This document shows, piece by piece, positions 8,815 to 17,067 of a stretch of DNA of 17,067 nucleotides; within the stretch, counting starts at the first letter, position 1, and each line of letters begins with the position of its first letter. Origin of the DNA: Azolla caroliniana (Eukaryota > Plantae > Polypodiophyta); assembly GCA_043228905.1 (NCBI GenBank), contig JBHGNT010000709.1:1-17067 (forward strand), given 5' to 3'. A program made the position numbers and the translations under genes. Under the pieces are notes generated by a model that was given only the letters and a program-made list of their open reading frames with translations, did no database searches and was not told the origin of the DNA.

Positions 8815-9585
8815 TTAGAAGCGACGAATACAAGCACGAGGGCGAAGATCGCACTGTTGGAGTAGGCGGGAGGCGGCGACGCCTAGAGCTCTTTCCTCGT
8901 CATCGGCCTTGAATTGGCGACGTTGTTGACGTTCGTCCTCTTGTCGTCGAGACATGCGGTGGCGGCGTTCGTCACCCTCTCGTCGCTCACGGCTGCTATC
9001 TCTCTCGCGCTCCTCGTCCTCTTCCTCCCAGCTACGGTGTTCCCTTGATTGTTGGCCATGGCGTCGGCCTTCATCATTGCGTCGTTCCTCCTCGTCAGCA
9101 TACAAGGCATCACGTAGGCGATCGCATCGATCTTCGGCGGGGATTCGTTCGACGTTCCTGCAGCACCGTTCCGAGGGTCTTGAGTATCGAGTGTTTTCGA
9201 TCCATGGGGAGCGACGTCCTTGTTCACCTTCCTCTCTTTCGGAGCGCTCTTGTAGCTCTCGGATCTGCTTGTCGATGAAATCACCGCACTCTCGCCTCAG
9301 TTCCTCGTCACGTGGCTCATCGCGACCACGGCTACGACGTTCCCTTTCCTCTTCGGAGTCTCTCTTGTTGTCTCTGTAGCGGCGCCCCTCCTCAAGGAAC
9401 CCCTCACGACGTCGCTCGCACTCCCCCTCTCGGCGTCGATCGCGCCTCTCCTCGTCAATGTCTCCCTCACGACGTCGATCGCGTCGCTCCTCTTCACGGT
9501 CCCGCCCTACAGACCTAGCATTGGCCGCGGTACACGCGGCGAGCATGATCACGGCCATGAGGAATACGGAAGTAAGCTTTGCCAT
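8815..9585 (-). CDS. 2S-albumin-like Arg/Glu-rich storage protein precursor, copy 6
   Basis: Translation identical to copy 1. Confidence 0.85.
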   Translation of the reverse strand: MAKLTSVFLMAVIMLAACTAANARSVGRDREEERRDRRREGDIDEERRDRRREGECERRREGFLEEGRRYRDNKRDSEEERERRSRGRDEPRDEELRRECGDFIDKQIRELQERSEREEGEQGRRSPWIENTRYSRPSERCCRNVERIPAEDRCDRLRDALYADEEERRNDEGRRHGQQSREHRSWEEEDEERERDSSRERREGDERRHRMSRRQEDERQQRRQFKADDEERALGVAASRLLQQCDLRPRACIRRF

Positions 9586-10454
9586 TGCGATTGTCCTTAT
9601 GATCCCGGTGCTTGTCTCCTAATGGATTGTATTGACATTGCTCCCTCCACCTTTAATATATACACATGGCCATGCAATCAGAGCACATGCATGTCACTCA
9701 CCACTCCCATTACCATAACGTGTGTGTCCTGCGTACAACTCTTGCCCAAGACCCATACCAACTAGTCCACCCTCCCACACGTCTAGGCTAGTCCTAGGTG
9801 TCGTATTGTCACCAGACAATCTGGGCGCAACCTGTAGCGGGTACTCCTCCTCCTCGCGCGAGAGCTTGTCGAGCAACATAACATTTATACATACATAGGT
9901 AAATGTGCGCACTCGCGCGTGCGCGTAGGGGTGTGCGGGCACGTGCACATTAAACTAGAACGCGCTAGTGCCGAGACACTAAGCACGCGGAGGCTACTGC
10001 GGGACGAGTGGTGGCTCCCGAGTGTGCTACATCGATGAACGTAGATAGACCGGTGTCCGTACTCGCTCGTTCGGACGGACGAGGGGTTGGTAACGACGAC
10101 GACAAGGAAAGCTAACCGGACTACCACACTAGGAGTGTCCTATCGGGCAAGTGTGGAAGCAAGTTCACATTCGCCGCGTGTACAAGTTGACCTTAGCCTT
10201 AGCCGTTGCCGTGGCGTGTGCGGTATGGGTGTCCTGCTTTGATGTTTTCTTTTCCGTTTGGGTGGTTTGCGGTCCCTATAGGCAAATTCTATGCGTTGGT
10301 GCTCGTGTTTACGTTCGTGTTGGAGGGACGTTGGTGCTCGTGTTTACGTTCGTGTGGGTGTAATGCGCGATTGGGGAGACGCACTTGTTCGTAAACACTT
10401 ACGAGAAATTAGAGAGAGACCACGAGAATAATTTGAACAAGGTTTATGTACTAT

Positions 10455-11225
10455 TTAGAAGCGACGAATACAAGCACGAGGGCGAAGATCGCACTGTTGG
10501 AGTAGGCGGGAGGCGGCGACGCCTAGAGCTCTTTCCTCGTCATCGGCCTTGAATTGGCGACGTTGTTGACGTTCGTCCTCTTGTCGTCGAGACATGCGGT
10601 GGCGGCGTTCGTCACCCTCTCGTCGCTCACGGCTGCTATCTCTCTCGCGCTCCTCGTCCTCTTCCTCCCAGCTACGGTGTTCCCTTGATTGTTGGCCATG
10701 GCGTCGGCCTTCATCATTGCGTCGTTCCTCCTCGTCAGCATACAAGGCATCACGTAGGCGATCGCATCGATCTTCGGCGGGGATTCGTTCGACGTTCCTG
10801 CAGCACCGTTCCGAGGGTCTTGAGTATCGAGTGTTTTCGATCCATGGGGAGCGACGTCCTTGTTCACCTTCCTCTCTTTCGGAGCGCTCTTGTAGCTCTC
10901 GGATCTGCTTGTCGATGAAATCACCGCACTCTCGCCTCAGTTCCTCGTCACGTGGCTCATCGCGACCACGGCTACGACGTTCCCTTTCCTCTTCGGAGTC
11001 TCTCTTGTTGTCTCTGTAGCGGCGCCCCTCCTCAAGGAACCCCTCACGACGTCGCTCGCACTCCCCCTCTCGGCGTCGATCGCGCCTCTCCTCGTCAATG
11101 TCTCCCTCACGACGTCGATCGCGTCACTCCTCTTCACGGTCCCGCCCTACAGACCTAGCATTGGCCGCGGTACACGCGGCGAGCATGATCACGGCCATGA
11201 GGAATACGGAAGTAAGCTTTGCCAT
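10455..11225 (-). pseudogene. Copy 7 of the 2S-albumin-like gene with a premature stop (R34*)
   Basis: Plus strand reads gcgtcactcc at 11121-11130 versus gcgtcgctcc in the other copies. G>A at 11126 changes minus-strand codon 34 from CGA to TGA (11124-11126). The ORF track shows only a 96-aa remnant. Confidence 0.8.
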
Positions 11226-12094
11226 TGCGATTGTCCTTATGATCCCGGTGCTTGTCTCCTAATGGATTGTATTGACATTGCTCCCTCCACCTTTAATATA
11301 TACACATGGCCATGCAATCAGAGCACATGCATGTCACTCACCACTCCCATTACCATAACGTGTGTGTCCTGCGTACAACTCTTGCCCAAGACCCATACCA
11401 ACTAGTCCACCCTCCCACACGTCTAGGCTAGTCCTAGGTGTCGTATTGTCACCAGACAATCTGGGCGCAACCTGTAGCGGGTACTCCTCCTCCTCGCGCG
11501 AGAGCTTGTCGAGCAACATAACATTTATACATACATAGGTAAATGTGCGCACTCGCGCGTGCGCGTAGGGGTGTGCGGGCACGTGCACATTAAACTAGAA
11601 CGCGCTAGTGCCGAGACACTAAGCACGCGGAGGCTACTGCGGGACGAGTGGTGGCTCCCGAGTGTGCTACATCGATGAACGTAGATAGACCGGTGTCCGT
11701 ACTCGCTCGTTCGGACGGACGAGGGGTTGGTAACGACGACGACAAGGAAAGCTAACCGGACTACCACACTAGGAGTGTCCTATCGGGCAAGTGTGGAAGC
11801 AAGTTCACATTCGCCGCGTGTACAAGTTGACCTTAGCCTTAGCCGTTGCCGTGGCGTGTGCGGTATGGGTGTCCTGCTTTGATGTTTTCTTTTCCGTTTG
11901 GGTGGTTTGCGGTCCCTATAGGCAAATTCTATGCGTTGGTGCTCGTGTTTACGTTCGTGTTGGAGGGACGTTGGTGCTCGTGTTTACGTTCGTGTGGGTG
12001 TAATGCGCGATTGGGGAGACGCACTTGTTCGTAAACACTTACGAGAAATTAGAGAGAGACCACGAGAATAATTTGAACAAGGTTTATGTACTAT

Positions 12095-12865
12095 TTAGAA
12101 GCGACGAATACAAGCACGAGGGCGAAGATCGCACTGTTGGAGTAGGCGGGAGGCGGCGACGCCTAGAGCTCTTTCCTCGTCATCGGCCTTGAATTGGCGA
12201 CGTTGTTGACGTTCGTCCTCTTGTCGTCGAGACATGCGGTGGCGGCGTTCGTCACCCTCTCGTCGCTCACGGCTGCTATCTCTCTCGCGCTCCTCGTCCT
12301 CTTCCTCCCAGCTACGGTGTTCCCTTGATTGTTGGCCATGGCGTCGGCCTTCATCATTGCGTCGTTCCTCCTCGTCAGCATACAAGGCATCACGTAGGCG
12401 ATCGCATCGATCTTCGGCGGGGATTCGTTCGACGTTCCTGCAGCACCGTTCCGAGGGTCTTGAGTATCGAGTGTTTTCGATCCATGGGGAGCGACGTCCT
12501 TGTTCACCTTCCTCTCTTTCGGAGCGCTCTTGTAGCTCTCGGATCTGCTTGTCGATGAAATCACCGCACTCTCGCCTCAGTTCCTCGTCACGTGGCTCAT
12601 CGCGACCACGGCTACGACGTTCCCTTTCCTCTTCGGAGTCTCTCTTGTTGTCTCTGTAGCGGCGCCCCTCCTCAAGGAACCCCTCACGACGTCGCTCGCA
12701 CTCCCCCTCTCGGCGTCGATCGCGCCTCTCCTCGTCAATGTCTCCCTCACGACGTCGATCGCGTCGCTCCTCTTCACGGTCCCGCCCTACAGACCTAGCA
12801 TTGGCCGCGGTACACGCGGCGAGCATGATCACGGCCATGAGGAATACGGAAGTAAGCTTTGCCAT
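12095..12865 (-). CDS. 2S-albumin-like Arg/Glu-rich storage protein precursor, copy 8
   Basis: Translation identical to copy 1. Confidence 0.85.
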   Translation of the reverse strand: MAKLTSVFLMAVIMLAACTAANARSVGRDREEERRDRRREGDIDEERRDRRREGECERRREGFLEEGRRYRDNKRDSEEERERRSRGRDEPRDEELRRECGDFIDKQIRELQERSEREEGEQGRRSPWIENTRYSRPSERCCRNVERIPAEDRCDRLRDALYADEEERRNDEGRRHGQQSREHRSWEEEDEERERDSSRERREGDERRHRMSRRQEDERQQRRQFKADDEERALGVAASRLLQQCDLRPRACIRRF

Positions 12866-13734
12866 TGCGATTGTCCTTATGATCCCGGTGCTTGTCTCCT
12901 AATGGATTGTATTGACATTGCTCCCTCCACCTTTAATATATACACATGGCCATGCAATCAGAGCACATGCATGTCACTCACCACTCCCATTACCATAACG
13001 TGTGTGTCCTGCGTACAACTCTTGCCCAAGACCCATACCAACTAGTCCACCCTCCCACACGTCTAGGCTAGTCCTAGGTGTCGTATTGTCACCAGACAAT
13101 CTGGGCGCAACCTGTAGCGGGTACTCCTCCTCCTCGCGCGAGAGCTTGTCGAGCAACATAACATTTATACATACATAGGTAAATGTGCGCACTCGCGCGT
13201 GCGCGTAGGGGTGTGCGGGCACGTGCACATTAAACTAGAACGCGCTAGTGCCGAGACACTAAGCACGCGGAGGCTACTGCGGGACGAGTGGTGGCTCCCG
13301 AGTGTGCTACATCGATGAACGTAGATAGACCGGTGTCCGTACTCGCTCGTTCGGACGGACGAGGGGTTGGTAACGACGACGACAAGGAAAGCTAACCGGA
13401 CTACCACACTAGGAGTGTCCTATCGGGCAAGTGTGGAAGCAAGTTCACATTCGCCGCGTGTACAAGTTGACCTTAGCCTTAGCCGTTGCCGTGGCGTGTG
13501 CGGTATGGGTGTCCTGCTTTGATGTTTTCTTTTCCGTTTGGGTGGTTTGCGGTCCCTATAGGCAAATTCTATGCGTTGGTGCTCGTGTTTACGTTCGTGT
13601 TGGAGGGACGTTGGTGCTCGTGTTTACGTTCGTGTGGGTGTAATGCGCGATTGGGGAGACGCACTTGTTCGTAAACACTTACGAGAAATTAGAGAGAGAC
13701 CACGAGAATAATTTGAACAAGGTTTATGTACTAT

Positions 13735-14505
13735 TTAGAAGCGACGAATACAAGCACGAGGGCGAAGATCGCACTGTTGGAGTAGGCGGGAGGCGGCGAC
13801 GCCTAGAGCTCTTTCCTCGTCATCGGCCTTGAATTGGCGACGTTGTTGACGTTCGTCCTCTTGTCGTCGAGACATGCGGTGGCGGCGTTCGTCACCCTCT
13901 CGTCGCTCACGGCTGCTATCTCTCTCGCGCTCCTCGTCCTCTTCCTCCCAGCTACGGTGTTCCCTTGATTGTTGGCCATGGCGTCGGCCTTCATCATTGC
14001 GTCGTTCCTCCTCGTCAGCATACAAGGCATCACGTAGGCGATCGCATCGATCTTCGGCGGGGATTCGTTCGACGTTCCTGCAGCACCGTTCCGAGGGTCT
14101 TGAGTATCGAGTGTTTTCGATCCATGGGGAGCGACGTCCTTGTTCACCTTCCTCTCTTTCGGAGCGCTCTTGTAGCTCTCGGATCTGCTTGTCGATGAAA
14201 TCACCGCACTCTCGCCTCAGTTCCTCGTCACGTGGCTCATCGCGACCACGGCTACGACGTTCCCTTTCCTCTTCGGAGTCTCTCTTGTTGTCTCTGTAGC
14301 GGCGCCCCTCCTCAAGGAACCCCTCACGACGTCGCTCGCACTCCCCCTCTCGGCGTCGATCGCGCCTCTCCTCGTCAATGTCTCCCTCACGACGTCGATC
14401 GCGTCGCTCCTCTTCACGGTCCCGCCCTACAGACCTAGCATTGGCCGCGGTACACGCGGCGAGCATGATCACGGCCATGAGGAATACGGAAGTAAGCTTT
14501 GCCAT
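13735..14505 (-). CDS. 2S-albumin-like Arg/Glu-rich storage protein precursor, copy 9
   Basis: Translation identical to copy 1. Confidence 0.85.
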   Translation of the reverse strand: MAKLTSVFLMAVIMLAACTAANARSVGRDREEERRDRRREGDIDEERRDRRREGECERRREGFLEEGRRYRDNKRDSEEERERRSRGRDEPRDEELRRECGDFIDKQIRELQERSEREEGEQGRRSPWIENTRYSRPSERCCRNVERIPAEDRCDRLRDALYADEEERRNDEGRRHGQQSREHRSWEEEDEERERDSSRERREGDERRHRMSRRQEDERQQRRQFKADDEERALGVAASRLLQQCDLRPRACIRRF

Positions 14506-15374
14506 TGCGATTGTCCTTATGATCCCGGTGCTTGTCTCCTAATGGATTGTATTGACATTGCTCCCTCCACCTTTAATATATACACATGGCCATGCAATCA
14601 GAGCACATGCATGTCACTCACCACTCCCATTACCATAACGTGTGTGTCCTGCGTACAACTCTTGCCCAAGACCCATACCAACTAGTCCACCCTCCCACAC
14701 GTCTAGGCTAGTCCTAGGTGTCGTATTGTCACCAGACAATCTGGGCGCAACCTGTAGCGGGTACTCCTCCTCCTCGCGCGAGAGCTTGTCGAGCAACATA
14801 ACATTTATACATACATAGGTAAATGTGCGCACTCGCGCGTGCGCGTAGGGGTGTGCGGGCACGTGCACATTAAACTAGAACGCGCTAGTGCCGAGACACT
14901 AAGCACGCGGAGGCTACTGCGGGACGAGTGGTGGCTCCCGAGTGTGCTACATCGATGAACGTAGATAGACCGGTGTCCGTACTCGCTCGTTCGGACGGAC
15001 GAGGGGTTGGTAACGACGACGACAAGGAAAGCTAACCGGACTACCACACTAGGAGTGTCCTATCGGGCAAGTGTGGAAGCAAGTTCACATTCGCCGCGTG
15101 TACAAGTTGACCTTAGCCTTAGCCGTTGCCGTGGCGTGTGCGGTATGGGTGTCCTGCTTTGATGTTTTCTTTTCCGTTTGGGTGGTTTGCGGTCCCTATA
15201 GGCAAATTCTATGCGTTGGTGCTCGTGTTTACGTTCGTGTTGGAGGGACGTTGGTGCTCGTGTTTACGTTCGTGTGGGTGTAATGCGCGATTGGGGAGAC
15301 GCACTTGTTCGTAAACACTTACGAGAAATTAGAGAGAGACCACGAGAATAATTTGAACAAGGTTTATGTACTAT

Positions 15375-16145
15375 TTAGAAGCGACGAATACAAGCACGAG
15401 GGCGAAGATCGCACTGTTGGAGTAGGCGGGAGGCGGCGACGCCTAGAGCTCTTTCCTCGTCATCGGCCTTGAATTGGCGACGTTGTTGACGTTCGTCCTC
15501 TTGTCGTCGAGACATGCGGTGGCGGCGTTCGTCACCCTCTCGTCGCTCACGGCTGCTATCTCTCTCGCGCTCCTCGTCCTCTTCCTCCCAGCTACGGTGT
15601 TCCCTTGATTGTTGGCCATGGCGTCGGCCTTCATCATTGCGTCGTTCCTCCTCGTCAGCATACAAGGCATCACGTAGGCGATCGCATCGATCTTCGGCGG
15701 GGATTCGTTCGACGTTCCTGCAGCACCGTTCCGAGGGTCTTGAGTATCGAGTGTTTTCGATCCATGGGGAGCGACGTCCTTGTTCACCTTCCTCTCTTTC
15801 GGAGCGCTCTTGTAGCTCTCGGATCTGCTTGTCGATGAAATCACCGCACTCTCGCCTCAGTTCCTCGTCACGTGGCTCATCGCGACCACGGCTACGACGT
15901 TCCCTTTCCTCTTCGGAGTCTCTCTTGTTGTCTCTGTAGCGGCGCCCCTCCTCAAGGAACCCCTCACGACGTCGCTCGCACTCCCCCTCTCGGCGTCGAT
16001 CGCGCCTCTCCTCGTCAATGTCTCCCTCACGACGTCGATCGCGTCGCTCCTCTTCACGGTCCCGCCCTACAGACCTAGCATTGGCCGCGGTACACGCGGC
16101 GAGCATGATCACGGCCATGAGGAATACGGAAGTAAGCTTTGCCAT
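15375..16145 (-). CDS. 2S-albumin-like Arg/Glu-rich storage protein precursor, copy 10
   Basis: Translation identical to copy 1. Confidence 0.85.
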   Translation of the reverse strand: MAKLTSVFLMAVIMLAACTAANARSVGRDREEERRDRRREGDIDEERRDRRREGECERRREGFLEEGRRYRDNKRDSEEERERRSRGRDEPRDEELRRECGDFIDKQIRELQERSEREEGEQGRRSPWIENTRYSRPSERCCRNVERIPAEDRCDRLRDALYADEEERRNDEGRRHGQQSREHRSWEEEDEERERDSSRERREGDERRHRMSRRQEDERQQRRQFKADDEERALGVAASRLLQQCDLRPRACIRRF

Positions 16146-17014
16146 TGCGATTGTCCTTATGATCCCGGTGCTTGTCTCCTAATGGATTGTATTGACATTG
16201 CTCCCTCCACCTTTAATATATACACATGGCCATGCAATCAGAGCACATGCATGTCACTCACCACTCCCATTACCATAACGTGTGTGTCCTGCGTACAACT
16301 CTTGCCCAAGACCCATACCAACTAGTCCACCCTCCCACACGTCTAGGCTAGTCCTAGGTGTCGTATTGTCACCAGACAATCTGGGCGCAACCTGTAGCGG
16401 GTACTCCTCCTCCTCGCGCGAGAGCTTGTCGAGCAACATAACATTTATACATACATAGGTAAATGTGCGCACTCGCGCGTGCGCGTAGGGGTGTGCGGGC
16501 ACGTGCACATTAAACTAGAACGCGCTAGTGCCGAGACACTAAGCACGCGGAGGCTACTGCGGGACGAGTGGTGGCTCCCGAGTGTGCTACATCGATGAAC
16601 GTAGATAGACCGGTGTCCGTACTCGCTCGTTCGGACGGACGAGGGGTTGGTAACGACGACGACAAGGAAAGCTAACCGGACTACCACACTAGGAGTGTCC
16701 TATCGGGCAAGTGTGGAAGCAAGTTCACATTCGCCGCGTGTACAAGTTGACCTTAGCCTTAGCCGTTGCCGTGGCGTGTGCGGTATGGGTGTCCTGCTTT
16801 GATGTTTTCTTTTCCGTTTGGGTGGTTTGCGGTCCCTATAGGCAAATTCTATGCGTTGGTGCTCGTGTTTACGTTCGTGTTGGAGGGACGTTGGTGCTCG
16901 TGTTTACGTTCGTGTGGGTGTAATGCGCGATTGGGGAGACGCACTTGTTCGTAAACACTTACGAGAAATTAGAGAGAGACCACGAGAATAATTTGAACAA
17001 GGTTTATGTACTAT

Positions 17015-17067
17015 TTAGAAGCGACGAATACAAGCACGAGGGCGAAGATCGCACTGTTGGAGTAGGC
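17015..17067 (-). CDS. 3' end of copy 11 (…RLLQQCDLRPRACIRRF*), truncated by the window edge
   Basis: Sequence identical to 615-667. The array continues beyond the window. Confidence 0.8.
   Translation of the reverse strand, partial: LLQQCDLRPRACIRRF

Larger units (their letters stand above)
1..17067. repeat. Tandem array of a 1640-bp gene-containing unit, about 10.4 near-identical head-to-tail copies
   Basis: gtactcctcctcctcgcgcgagagc recurs at 1, 1641, 3281, 4921, 6561, 8201, 9841, 11481, 13121, 14761 and 16401. The ORF set in the track recurs with an exact 1640-bp period, so there are no net indels. Confidence 0.99.

Noticed and set aside
10455-10745. 96-aa ORF as a separate gene
   Set aside because: It is the C-terminal remnant of nonsense-mutated copy 7, called from an internal TTG (Leu161).

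Overview
The whole window is a head-to-tail tandem array of one 1640-bp unit (about 10.4 copies; the array runs off both ends). Each unit holds one intronless minus-strand gene (771 bp, 256 aa) plus an 869-bp spacer. The protein has an N-terminal signal peptide, is very Arg/Glu/Asp-rich (manual count about 66 R, 48 E, 23 D, 4 K) and has a prolamin-superfamily / 2S-albumin-type Cys scaffold (C..C..CC..xxC..C..C). The spacer carries a plant seed/spore-maturation-type promoter: TATA box, RY/CATGCATG legumin-box-like elements and ACGT ABRE/G-box-like motifs. The best reading is a land-plant locus where an expanded, Arg-rich 2S-albumin-like storage protein gene has been amplified with its promoter into an rDNA-like, nearly homogeneous array. 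The only difference I found between copies is G>A at 11126, which turns Arg34 CGA into TGA in copy 7. All other ORFs in the track look like shadow or spurious frames. The organism and database matches cannot be determined from sequence alone, and an assembly or rolling-circle artefact cannot be excluded.
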